A stretch of 64,000 nucleotides of DNA from Macrostomum lignano (lineage: Eukaryota). The DNA is taken from assembly GCA_002269645.1 (NCBI GenBank), contig NIVC01001245.1, positions 72,530-136,529 on the forward strand, in the 5' to 3' direction. The number at the start of each line of letters is the position of its first letter. Position 1 is the first letter of the stretch. The position numbers were made by a program, and so were the translations under genes. Shown in pieces: positions 49,728 to 62,135 of the stretch. The notes under the pieces are model-generated. The model was given only the letters and a program-made list of their open reading frames with translations. It searched no databases and was not told the DNA's origin.

Positions 49728-49974
49728 CAGTGGGGGTTGTAGCCTAGTGGTTGGAGCGTGGTACTCACGACTTGAAGGTCGTGGGTTCGATTCCCGATCC
49801 CACTGGAACAATTTGTGCCCTTGAGCAAGACACTTAGCTCTTCATTTTTTTTCAGTTCACCCAGCTGTAAAATGGGTGCCAGCATCAGCTGGGGTAATTG
49901 AGGGTGTGTGTGGCGACCCCCCAGTCCTTGGACTGAACAGCCGTACGCAGCCTTCAGATGCGCCGCGCAATAGC
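49728..49974 (+). mobile_element. SINE family A, copy 2
   Basis: tRNA-like head plus CCTTGAGCAAGACACTTA...CAGTTCACCCAGCTGTAAAATGGG core. Confidence 0.88.
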
Positions 49975-50021
49975 ATATCTATCGAGCCCGAGTCCAATGT
50001 ACACCTCTTATAGTTTCATTC

Positions 50022-53000
50022 TCAATACTTTCGACTTCTCTCAGGCGCGGAATGCCGCTTCATCTCGTCCAGCTGCTTTGTCAGGTCTCGAATTTGGTCG
50101 CGCAGTCGCAGCTCGGCTCTCGCCTTCTCCTTCATCTTGTCGGCATAGTCGCTAATGGCCTCCTTTTGGTCGGCTAGCAGGCGGTTTCGCTCAGTCATAA
50201 GCTGATATTTGACCTTTTCAGACTCGGCAATCACTTCGTTGACAATTCTATTGCACTCGCTGCAGCGGTCTGATAGTTCCTTTTCGCTCTGTTTTAACTG
50301 GCCAATTTCCTGTTTCAGCTGTTGGATCTCGCGGTCTTTGTCGTGTTCTGGACCTTGTCGACCTTCGATTGCTTGTGGCTTCTGCTGCTGCTGCTGCTGT
50401 TGATGTTGTTCTGCAGGGCTGCGGGTGGAGCATTACCCAACAGAATTAATTCTGTGTCTGAACACTTAGGCATTCAAAATGGCTATACAGACTGTAGCTT
50501 GTGATTTATCAGTGGGGTTTTTAGCCTAGTGGTTAGAGCGTCGGACTCACGACTTGAAGGTCGGGGGTTCGATTCCTGATCCCACTGGAACAATTTGTGT
50601 CCTTAAGCAAGACACTTAAATCTGCATTGCTTCAGTTCACCCAGCTGTAAAATGGGTGCCAGCATTAGCTGGGGTAATTGAGGATGTGTGTGGCGACCCC
50701 CCAGTCCTTGGACTGAACAGCCGTTCTCAATCATTAAGGTGTACTCCTGCACCTGACTCTCGCGCCACGACCCTTTGATTTGAACTTTGGATTTGTGCGC
50801 GAAAACTGGCCGGAATTTTGTGCGATTCAAAACCCCCCAAGGCACAGAGAGTGTACATGCCTGACGATTAGACAGTCAGGGCCGTTGTACACCCCGTGTG
50901 AGCGTGTACGTCAGTGCGTGCCTGCGTACAGCATTGACGCGCTTATGTGTACTCAGGAGTCAGCAGAATGATGTTGCCGAAGGCGTTGCGATAGAGGGAT
51001 TTAGGAATTAAGCGTATAGATCAGTGGCTTTGCCTTTCTGACCTGTTGTCTGACAAGACACCTCACCTGACACCTCTAACTCCGCCATTTCCGATCGTCA
51101 TAGAACTTAGCTGCTCTCGCAGGCTCTGGTGCCTCTCGAGCAAAGCCAGATGTTTGACTGCCATTGCATTGAATTTTCTGAACGGTTTAATATCATGCAT
51201 GATGAATTTAATTTACTCTAGCAAACTTTAATTATACCCAATTTTTTTCGTTCCCTTACTCTGTGGTCTCGTTGCTGATGGTAGTTTTCAATTCTTCAAG
51301 CGTTCTCTCCAGTTCAGCCTTTTCCTTTTCTGCTTGTTCTCGACTGTAAAGATAGAAGTGAGGAATTTCATTTCGTTGCCAAACTCAAATTCAAGGAGAT
51401 TGATGTTGGGGTTGAAGGGGTGGTTAGAAATGGTTGAGGGTGATGGGGTTACAAGGGTAGAGAATGGTGGGGTTAGAAGGGGCAGAGAGTGGTGGGGTTG
51501 GAAGGGGCAGAGAGTGGTGGGGTTAGAAGGGGTAGAAAGTGGTGGGGTTAGAAGGGGCAGAGAGTGGTGGGTTAGAAGGGGCAGAGAGCGGTGGGGTTAG
51601 AAGGGGCAGAGAGTGATGGGGTTAGAAGGGGCAGAGAGCGGTGGGGTTAGAAGGGGCAGAGAGCGGTGGGGTTAGAAGGGGCAGAGAGTGATGGGGTTAG
51701 AAGGGGCAGAGAGTGGTGGGGTTAGAAGGGGTAGAGAGCGGTGGGGTTAGAAGGGGCAGAGAGCGGTGGGGTTAGAAGGGGTAGAGAGCGGTGGGGTTAG
51801 AAGGGGCAGAGGGTGTAGTGAGGATGAAAGTGGCAGAGTGGTTTAGGGCTAGGACAGACAGTGAGACATTAATAGGATAGCAAGGTGCAAAATATGGTGC
51901 ATAAAGCTACCCAGTATTAGCCTGATCCAGCTGCAGCTCCAGCTCCCGAGCCCTGTCTCGAGCCTGCTGTGCTGCCTCTCTCTCCTGTTCAATTTCAACC
52001 GTCAGCTTGGCGAGTTCCTCCAAAGCTGTGTCTGAAACTCGTTTTCTGCCTTCATCTTGGCGTATCAGCTTCTTCTGCAACTGATTAAGCTGTTCGAATC
52101 GGTCTAAAAAGCTCGCCCTCTCTTTTTCGACCGCAACAGCGTGTCGACGCTGCAGATCGCTTATTTGAGCTTGGTGCCGGGCTCGCTCAATCTCTCGAGG
52201 AACGACAGTCCGTTCGACGTCGCTAAATTTGCAAGATGTTGATTATCGCATATTATTGATAATTTTTGACCGGTTTGCCTAGCCGACTTGCACGGCGTGG
52301 ACAAACCCCGGCGTTTGCGATTGGCTGGGAGGGGGGTACGTGTTTGGCTCCACCTCTGGGGGGTAGATCTGTGGCGTTGGGGTGGGTGGCAGTGCGCTGT
52401 GCCTTTTTAGGCCTTGCCTTGAACTGAGAACGCTGTTCTCACGGCGTTGAATTGTTTTTGTTTGTAATAAAAAAATATATAAATTGAAGGCTCGGGCCTC
52501 GATTGCGCCACCTGTGTTATTACTCGTACCAAGCGCTTTTCGTTGCTGTCTCCCTTCCTGTCATACAGCTAAAGCTGGAGTTTACAACAAGGATAAGCTT
52601 CCAAGGTATTTGGCCTTAAAAGAGCTTACAGGAAGCTTACTGCCAGCGATCCGCCTATGTTCGAAAAAGTTATAAAGAAGCTTTACAAGCTTAGTAAAAC
52701 ATGCTTAGCAAACGTCAATAAATGGGTGTAGCAGACGTCAAATGGGTAGCAAACGTCAATAAATAGGTGTAGCAGACGTCAAATGGGTAGCAAACGTCAA
52801 ATGGGTGTATCAAACGTCAAATGGGTAGCAAACGTCAAATGGGTGTATCAAACGTCAAATGGGTAGCAAACGTCAAATGGGTAGCAAACGTCAAATGGGT
52901 AGCAAACGTCAATAAATAGGTGTAGCAGACGTCAAATGGGTAGCAAACGTCAAATGGGTGTATCAAACGTCAAATGGGTAGCAAACGTCAAATGGGTGTA

Positions 53001-54116
53001 TCAAACGTCAAATGGGTAGCAAACGTCAAATGGGTGTATCAAACGTCAAATGGGTAGCAAACGTCAAATGGGTGTATCAAACGTCAAATGGGTAGCAAAC
53101 GTCAAATGGGTGTATCAAACGTCAAATGGGTAGCAAACGTCAAATGGGTGTATCAAACTTCAAATGGGTAGCAAACGTCAAATGGGTGTATCAAACGTCA
53201 AATGGGTAGCAAACGTCAAATGGGTGTATCAAACGTCAAATGGGTAGCAAACGTCAAATGGGTGTATCAAACGTCAAATGGGTAGCAAACGTCAAATGGG
53301 TGTATCAAACGTCAAATGGGTAGCAAACGTCAAATGGGTGTATCAAACGTCAAATGGGTAGCAAACGTCAAATGGGTGTATCAAACGTCAAATGGGTAGC
53401 AAACGTCAAATGGGTAGCAAACGTCAAATGGGTGTATCAAACGTCAAATGGGTAGCAAACGTCAAATGGGTGTATCAAACGTCAAATGGGTAGCAAACGT
53501 CAAATGGGTGTATCAAACGTCAAATGGGTAGCAAACGTCAAATGGGTAGCAAACGTCAAATGGGTGTATCAAACGTCAAATGGGTAGCAAACGTCAAATG
53601 GGTATCAAACGTCAAATGGGTAGCAAACTTCAAATAGGTAGCAAACGTCAAATGGGTGTATCAAACGTCAAATGGGTAGCAAACGTCAAATGGGTGTATC
53701 AAACGTCAAATGGGTAGCAAACGTCAAATGGGTGCATCAAACGTCAAATGGGTAGCAAACGTCATAGGATCCACTAAGACGTCTAGAAACTGGAACTATA
53801 CCGTCGTGACAGATAGGGCCAACCGCAATGTACCTCTAAGATAATAGAGAAAAAGTTGTAAGCAGCCTCACCGGACTATGGGCTGATTGTCAGCTCTAGT
53901 TGATGCAGCAATTGAATTGCGCAGCTTCTCAAGCCGGTCCCCCTGTTCAGCTAGTTGTTGTCGAACCTTAACCCAACGTTCTCGCGCAATTTCTATTTGT
54001 TCAACCAGCTGATTTGGCGCCGTCAACTGACTAATTGTGACGCTTGCACTGCCGCCGAAGCCTTGCAGCACTACTTCGTAGCTGTCTTCCAGTTCTCGAG
54101 GCCTCGCAGATGCCAT
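50022..54116 (-). CDS. Coiled-coil protein; join(53872..54116,51911..52222,51260..51343,51067..51177,50022..50418), 382 aa
   Basis: Four GT-AG phase-2 introns give an uninterrupted 1149-nt frame with heptad-rich sequence. Confidence 0.8.
50508..50724 (+). mobile_element. SINE family A, copy 3 (3' truncated), intronic
   Basis: High identity to copy 2. Confidence 0.88.
50830..50975 (+). mobile_element. SINE family B body fragment
   Basis: AACCCCCCAAGGC...GGGCCG(T/C)TGTACAC...GTGTGAG shared with the reverse complement of about 46700-46835. Confidence 0.6.
51469..51810. repeat. 26-bp G-rich minisatellite (GGTGGGGTTAGAAGGGGCAGAGAG(C/T)), intronic
   Basis: About 13 units. Confidence 0.93.
52707..53763. 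repeat. 18/20-bp alternating satellite (AAACGTCAAATGGGTAGC / AAACGTCAAATGGGTGTATC), intronic
   Basis: Mostly a 38-bp higher-order dimer. Confidence 0.96.
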
Positions 54117-55099
54117 AAAGATTTTCGTTAGTTTGTATCTTTGATTTGCTTAGCAATCCGAGTCGAGCAGTCCGTCTTTGCGCTGCCTGTTTTCCTGTCT
54201 ATTTTATAGCGAGAAAGCAATTCTCTATTCCATTTATTGTCTGAATTTTTCTACCCTTCCTACAGTGCATTTTCACTGGCTGCACAGAAATGGTTCACAG
54301 AAAGCAGTGATGAGCTACGCATTGGAGCAGAAGAAACCGATTCCTGCAGACGCTAAAAATAGTGGTAGCAAGCTATGACACAGAAAACACTTGTAGCTCG
54401 AGCCTGTCTACTGCACAAAGAAACGCTGTTGTTCGTGCTGTTTTTAGCCATTACTAGCTAGTATCAATAGTGCAAGACAGTGTGGCTCTGTGCTTTGCGC
54501 ATCCACAACATTGAGCTAAATTTTGAGAAGCTTCAAATTTGTTTATGAGTTGAATTAGAATAATCTACAACATCTAGGATGAAATCTAGCTTTAAGATAT
54601 TAGTAGTAACCCTTCGAGATGAATCAACTTCTGTTCGGCGACGCAGCGAACCAAAAACGTACAGATTGGTGCATCGCGCTTTTTGGTAACCATGGCTGTT
54701 GAATAACTGGGCTGGCTATGCTTACATACTGAAGTACAGCTTGGTCTAGCAAACATACTCGCAAGTATACAGTGTAATCAGAATTGTATCTGCCAATGTA
54801 CGCAATTCAAGCTCATGCGTTAGAAAGTGAAACCCAAATTCTGCGCACTTAATCACAATATACTACAGCCTGAATGCCTGAACCGATTTTTTTCAAAATT
54901 GCTTTGTTCAATTGCAAATTCTTGTGAGATTGTGTGGATCTAATAATGATCTAATAATGGTAAAGGCTCAGTAGTTGAAGCAGACAGAACTTACGTCTTG
55001 GTAAGACGCTTCTGAATAGCGTTAATGCGTTTAGAGCTTGTTATGAACAACGGAAAATCGAAAATTATACTCTTTTAATACACTCTACAGCAGTAGAGA

Positions 55100-55690
55100 A
55101 TTTTGGACACCACTGCAAGCAAGAAATGCTATTTTTCTAGAATATTTTCAGAATGGAGATTTTCATTTTCCAGCAAAAATCTGTAGTTGCTTTCAAAACT
55201 AGTATTGTAGTATATTGATATTTGTAGAGTTTTTTGTTTAGAAAATTAGGATTTCTTGTTGCTAAAAATCATACAAAAATGACACAATTTGATTCAGATT
55301 CATTCCTTTTATGAATCTTTATCAGGCTTATCTTGTTGATTTTATACCAAAATCGATTTTAACTAAGATAATACAAATATTCAGAAAAATGAGACAATAT
55401 TGACTGAGGCTAAGTTTCTCTCATAAATATGGCCTATATATATTAGCTTTTAAAGCCTTTTATTTTTAAAAAAAGCTCTACTACGTAATATCAAATAGAG
55501 CTATGAGAAAGGCAAGTCATATCACCAGATAAACATTGGGTCTGCCTCCTATCGAAAGCAATAAATTTTTTGTGCTGAAAAAAGAAACACTCCATTCTCC
55601 GTAGCTAATAGATTTTCCGGTAAAACCCGCCTTCAAAATTTCCAAGAAACGTCTTTTCCCGTCCTTGATCTACTTGGGTAGTTCTTGATT
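55100..55690. mobile_element. Degenerate copy of the 35465-36144 MITE
   Basis: TCTGCCTCCTATCGAAAGC...TTTTTGTGCTGAAAAAA...CTCCGTAG arm conserved; left arm decayed. Confidence 0.55.
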
Positions 55691-55989
55691 CGAATTCGCA
55701 TTTTGTTTTTTAAGTTTACTATTGGGTTCATTTAGATCGCATATGTTATCCGGATATGTTTGCTTAATCGAATTTTGTTTCCGAGAAATTCTACTCATAT
55801 GTAACGATGCGAATTGTAGTCTTGTTCTCTGAGGGTGTGGGTGTAGATCTCCAGTCTGTGTGCAACATTGATAAAACGCGGCAAATTATGAAAAAGTTCC
55901 AGAGTTCCTCTAGTATACGCATTTAATCACAAGATTGAACCATTAACTTTACTAGAAAATCATCCAAAGCTTGACAGACATAGCTGTTT

Positions 55990-56268
55990 AACCACAAAAT
56001 ACGCAGTCAGCGTCACAGGGGCGTCTAAGGGCCAAGCGCGAACGAACGCCGAGTGCAGGTCTCTCCCGCCGGTAGGGTACCTGCAGCGTCAGCAGCAGCA
56101 TCTTCTGCACCGGTTGTGGGCAGTATGTCTCGGCGCGGATGATATGGCCTGCGAGCTGGAGTCGCCGAGGGCGCAACACGTCGCTTGGGCGGACCAGGCC
56201 GGCGCGATGATACAATGGCGCGTGGGTCATTCGTTCGTAGCCGATCTTGAAGGCGGCGCGCAGCGAGT
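55990..56268 (-). mobile_element. 5'-truncated 3' fragment of the RTE-like LINE
   Basis: LYHRAGLVRPSDVLRPRRLQLAGHIIRAETYCPQPVQKMLLLTLQ aligns to the LINE C-terminus. Confidence 0.9.
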
Positions 56269-56477
56269 ATGTGTTTAACCGTACCGTAACTTAGCTACTT
56301 TTGCTTAAGTAAATATATTTATTACATAGAATGCTTTCATAACCTACGCAATAAAACCTACGCAAATATAATCGCAAAAAATATACCTCTCATTCGGATA
56401 AAAAGGTCTGCACGTACTTTGGTATTTTTAAAAAGATGAAGACAGAAATTTGAAGCAGTTGGTGACGTTAAACAGCA

Positions 56478-59400
56478 TTACTCGCAGTCCTGTAATTCCT
56501 CGATCGCCGTTACAAAGGCGGCCAAATCTAGCAGTTTGCTCAAACCGAAGTGCCGTTCGAGAACTCGACCGAAGTACTCGGGCGAGCGGGCCAGAGTGCG
56601 GGCCAGAAACTGCAGCTCTAAGCCGGACATTCCGCGTTCGGTGATTTCCGCTGGCAGTCCGTGTTCCCGGCACCAGGCGGTGACCTTCTCGGCGTCCCAT
56701 GCTCGAACTGAAGAGGCCAATCGACGGGTTGATTGCTGCAGTTGCAGTTGCTGATGCTGCTGCTGCGACACAATCGGAGGCAGCACCGGCGGCTGCGACG
56801 GCGTTTCGTGCCCCCGACGCTGACTGCCGACAGCCGAACCCGACCGACACGTCACGCCGCTGTCCAACTGGTTGAAGTGGCTCTGCAGCGCCACCAGCAG
56901 CTCTTGTACTTTGCTCTCAAATGAGCACTTTGTCTCAGTGAGGTCGTAGCGCAGCTCAGCTAGAGTCAGAAAGCCGAGCCAACCATTGGTCCGGTACTTG
57001 GGCTCCAGCAGCAGCGGGATGAGCTTCTTGCCGCACTCGTGCGCGTACTCCACCTCTGAGAACAATTAGAGCATTCTACGTCAATAGATTAGATGCGTCA
57101 AAATAGTACAGGTCTATGAGTAGAGGTAGGACGGGATCAAGGTCCCAATACCGAGATGGCATGGTCCTTATTATAGAAAGTATTCTGCGATGTAAAATTT
57201 CGGTCTTATGAAAGCAACCCGGTTTCAAATTTGTTATAACTGCATGTACTTCTCTTACTGGTTAGCCTCTATGAATATTTAGAGCGAATTACTACAAATT
57301 CATCGTTGAAGTACAAATCAAAGCGTGAAAATATTGTAAAAGGATGTGCTTAAATGAAGTGTGGTGTCATTCTATTTAGCGGCCCTGTGTTACCTGTGGT
57401 AAACGCTTACGTATTTTACGAGGCAAAAAATTCACTTTGTTATATACGTTGTACCGTTGTAAACCTTGAAAAATCTGCCATCGTTTTCAACATACCCAAT
57501 CGACAGTTGTTGCTCTCGTTGTACAACCGGGTGATGCACATGAGCACAACACTTGAGCCTTCAATTCCATTCGCCATCGCCTGATACACCGAGCCACTCT
57601 TCATGTCTTTGAAATCGACCCAGATGTCTACCTGAGCCTCCGTGAGCAGGTTGTAAAGTCGTTCAACAGCCGCCTTGCTGCCGTGGTTATAACTGATCAT
57701 CACCCGTCGTGAGGACTTTTTGGACTTTTTTCGGCCAGCGGAAGCTGAAGCGGTTGATGCGGCACTGCCGGGTCTCTCAGAGGCGTCCTGCAGCTGAAAG
57801 ACGAGGCCCTGCAGCTGCTTGGAGCTGCTCCACTTTGGACTGACCTGAAAATAGAAAGCATTGGAGGGGATAAAGCAAACGTTTGCAACCCCCAAGTACG
57901 CTGTCACAATGTTGAACTTAGGCCACGCGGCTGACGGAATCTGAGCAACGAAATGACTTGTGTCCACCTGCCCTCAAAGATCCTGTGCCTGCAGCGTCAG
58001 CAGCAACACCTCTATGCACCGGCTATGGAGTGAAGTGCGATACGACTGATGAGGACGCACTTTTTCCAAATCCCGCGCTAGCACATGGGCTCTAAACTTA
58101 TCAGCCTACTAACAGTGGGCAATGGGCATTTTTATCCTTTTTCTGCGAATTGTCATAGAATCTATACTAGATATAATGTTTGGTCATACTAGTAGTCATA
58201 ATAACATAGGCGCAGCTTTTTGGGTCATAAATCATCGCTTTCGAAGCTGGTCTGACAGCCACCTGCGCCTCACTCAGTGTTGAGGCGGACGCCAGATGGT
58301 CTGAGAGGATGCGGGCGGTAGCTTTTTTCTGATCATTTTGACAGGCCATCAAGATTTATGAGGTCAGAGCCTATTGTTCGTGTTCACTAAAGCGTGTGAC
58401 AGCTTTGACAGCTATGCGTTTTACCCCTAAAAGTACTTTGGGATTAGCGATTAGTGATTTCTCTTCATTATCTTCACATTCTATTTAAGCTTTCTAATGT
58501 ATATTTTTTCATTAATTTTTGTCAATTCTACGCGAAAAGTCATAAATCAGTTTGTTGCGATTTTAATTGATTTATGGCCGCACCTGTCATCTTTTTATGA
58601 CCCCGAGGGAACTGATAGGATCTCCCAGTCACGTGATTCTGGGTAGCAACAAGCTTAGCCAATCAGAAAATTCGACGCTCATTTTAACAAATCGGCTCAG
58701 CCAATCACAATCGACGTGTTCCATTATAACAAATTGCGGTCCAGTTGGCGGCTATTTAAACCAGTGTTTTTGGCCCGCTCGGACCTCACCTCTCCTGGGA
58801 TCTTGGCCAAACTTAGACCTCCTGGAGCTCGACCGTCGTCTCTTGATCCCCGGATCACGACTGACATTTGTTAAATCTGTTAAACATCATGTTAAATCTG
58901 GCAGTTATATTTAGCGGTTTTATTTCTTTGTTCGCCGATGGCTCAGATGAGTAGCTAAGCTAGTAGGCGCCGGTCACAGTGGACCAATGGCAAGGCAGTT
59001 CTCAGTCGATCAATCTATCAAATCAGTTTGCGAAATTGCCAATAGTGCAGAATCGGCTCCAGAGATGTACTCTGTGCACTCCAGGTTAGCCAAGCGGCTC
59101 GGGTGATGAATCATGCGGTCTCTGAAGTTCGAGTTAGCCTATCATTAGCGCTAGGAGAGGCTAGTTGGCGCGTTGAAGGCCAAAAGTACAATTCTTCGTA
59201 TTTAGCAATGTAATAGTACATGTATGTAGCTACCCCATAGTCTCGCCACTGCAAGAATCCCCTGCACAAGTCCCCTCTGTACCTGCATGGCCAATGCGAT
59301 CTAGTCCCAGCAGTGTCCCTTATCATCGGCTATGACTTCGAGATTGACAGCAAAAAGACACTAGTTGGCAGGTAAGTGCAAAGCCCCTTCTAGTCGGAAG

Positions 59401-61498
59401 CCCGATTTCGAAGTTCCGGTGTGGTGAGCCAGGACGTACGGGCTGGTGGCAGCGAGTTAGCTTATCTGCGGATTAACTAATTTCTATCTTCAAAATTCTC
59501 CCTGCTTGTCTCTCGCTGTCCCTCTCTTAGCTATAGGACCTAGACTGCTCGCCACACGATCAAGCTACCATGGGGCTGACCATCTGACAGGAGTGGGGGG
59601 CCAGGACTCTAATTGATTTATTTCTGAGACCTGGGGCCCGAAGGCTTTCCCCATAAGGGGGCTGAAAGGTCGAAACCCATCACGACAACGCGTGTGCATT
59701 GGCTTGCTTGCTGGTCTCGTGGTGATGAAATTTTCTCGTCTTGTGCGTCTGTCAGCAACTAAATGTGCGTCTCGACCACCGCCTGAACAATTCCGCCTTC
59801 TGGAAATCAGCTCGCGCCAGGGACTGTAGGACTGCCCTAACAGAGCAGATCCTCGTGGACGTCTGGAACCACTAAAAGCATATAAATATCAACTAAACAA
59901 TAATTACCTCTAACAAGCCGATGACCTCTCGGAATTCTTTCCAAATCTTCTGACGAAATTTCTTGCTAAAGCTGAGAGTGAACAGAATCTCGATGCCTTC
60001 GGCTACGTCCTCGTCGTTCGAGCTGTCGAGAAGCTTTTTTACGGTTGGCAACAAGTCCAGTTCGATGAGAAGATCTTTGTTCGAGTCGTTCAGGGCCAAT
60101 CGCCGAATGCCTTGGTTGAATTAAGCAGCAGTTAAAAGTTAGATGACGAATTTTTCCACCATTTTCTGCAGTAAAAGCTCATTGTAAAGTAAACTAGGCG
60201 CATGAAAAAATGACCAATGTAAATTTTATTAATTTTGGTAACTTTTGACTACTTGGCAAAACTCACATTTAGCCACTTCAATCACATCGTAGCCTCTCCA
60301 GCTTCTGTCTGGTGACCCGAGCGCCTTGCGCAGATTCTCAATTAGAAAGGCGATGTTGTCTTTGGCACCAAGAAATACGTCGCTTTGCTTTTCATCTACT
60401 GCGAATGCGATGAGGATTAGCGCAGCTGTCTGTGAGAGGTGGGGTATTTGGTTTTTATAATAGCATGGCTATTTATCTTGCCATTCATATTTGTGACAGT
60501 CAGCTTTTAGCTCAGTACCGAGGTAGAGATTGAAAGGTTGATAGGCAGACAGACATACACACACTAAGACAGTCAATAATACAGGTACTAAGACATTAAA
60601 ACAGGCAAGACTAAGACAGACAAGCACGATGACAGACACTAAGGCAGACACTAAAACAGGCACTAAGATAGACATAAAAGCTCTAGAACAGACATACAGG
60701 CAGTTAGACAGGCACTAAGACAGACATAATGACAGGGACTAAAACATGCAGGCAATCAGACAGGCACTAAGACACTAACCCATCTTTACATCGGCAGGTG
60801 CATCAACACAAACAGAAGGGAAATATATTTAAGAGAAGTGAACTATTAAAATACCAATTAATCTAATCACTCACAGACACCGTGGTATCGCCGCATTGCA
60901 GGTAGGGCTTCGTACTGCTGACCAAGTCAAACTCCGACAATCGGCTGAACACCTCTGAGTCGTTTTTAAAGTACGCGTTGAACGCGGCTCCGATGGTGTA
61001 GTAAACGGCATTTCCACGTCCCGTGCGTGAGTCCAGCTGCTTCGCATCCTGGCTAGATAGTAGTCGAGGATAAAACTCCTTGAAGTACTTTTCCTGCTGG
61101 CTAAGCTGCCGACAAAAGTCCAACGACCAGTTGGTAGCGTTTAGAAAGATGCCCAACAGACACTGGCAGACATTGCCAACAATACCGTTAAATATTTTTG
61201 CGCTCGAACTCGGCACCTCATCCGCGCTTTCCACAGCAGCAATTAGTAAGTCAACAGACATCGCGAGCAGATTGGAATCGTTGACTGCCATTGTCACATC
61301 CGGGTTCTCGGCCACTTGTTTGGTTGAAAACACTGACGCGAGTTGAGCAACGCTAGTGAACAGGTCAGACGCCCCGGCATCATTGCTCTCTAGAGCTGCT
61401 GGACTGGTCAACTGTTTTAGAAGCTTGGTTGCTTTTTCAATCTCAGAGCAGCAGTCTTTTACCTGGGGCGACAGTTTTTTAGCTTTAACACTGAACAT
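56478..61498 (-). CDS. ARM-repeat + TIR + SAM protein; join(60875..61498,60267..60429,59908..60110,57496..57844,56478..57055), 638 aa
   Basis: All GT-AG and in frame (1917 nt). ARM-like helices; TIR_2 motifs (VMISYNH, IWVD, MANGIEGS.VVLMC, SNNCRLEVEYA, LIPLLL, GWLG); SAM-like C-terminus (WDAEKVTAWC...GMSGLEL). Confidence 0.88.
57985..59870 (-). mobile_element. Old RTE-like LINE remnant split by a solo LTR (pieces 57985-58030 and 59687-59870)
   Basis: Pieces encode decayed VPDV.EDL/FQAVVET and PV.EVLLLTLQA in collinear order on either side of the LTR. Confidence 0.7.
58047..59682 (+). mobile_element. Solo LTR (1636 bp), copy 2
   Basis: TGATG...CATCA termini; TSD CGAC at 58043-58046 and 59683-59686; two CCAAT boxes followed by TATTTAAA at about 58753. 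Confidence 0.88.
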
Positions 61499-62135
61499 CT
61501 CTCTGCCGACGAGGCTTCTATTGACTCTACTTGAAAAGCGATTTTAATTGCAACGTTTAACAGATTATAAAAGCTTGTGAAAGCGATAGACTTGAATTTT
61601 TTTAGCAATGTGGACAGGACTGTACTTCACCTGCATGGCAACAGAGCAGCATTTGGTATGTACGTAATTAAGCCACGCTACTGACATTGTACTCGTACAG
61701 CATTGGCAGTAGCTAACAGGGAAAGAAATTTTCTGCACATCATTATGCGTCCTCCGCTTCTCTTTCAGCCTCTCCCTTCTCTTTTAGCTCTTTCTCCCTC
61801 TCTCACTTTGCATTGTCTACACCATCTTTCCATTCTTCCATGTACCTAATTGCACATTTGAGACAGTAAGAAGACAACTGGATTTTATATACTCGTATAT
61901 ATCCTTCGTAGTTTCAAACAACAAGTAGTGTCGATTGGTTTTTCGTCATAAGTGTTTATTTAATACAATAAATATTTTTTCCATTAGGTAGTAAGCTAAA
62001 AGTACAATACATTAGAGGGCAGAAATAAATACAGCAACAAAATATTTCATTGTAGTTGATCCAAGTAGCATTTTCATTGGTTCATTGTTTTGCATTTGTT
62101 AGCCATATTGATAACTAAGCCAATAAAGTCAAGAA

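Noticed and set aside
49728-49805. Functional tRNA-Val(CAC) gene
   Set aside because: Poor anticodon and acceptor stems, and the head continues into a shared SINE body in three copies.
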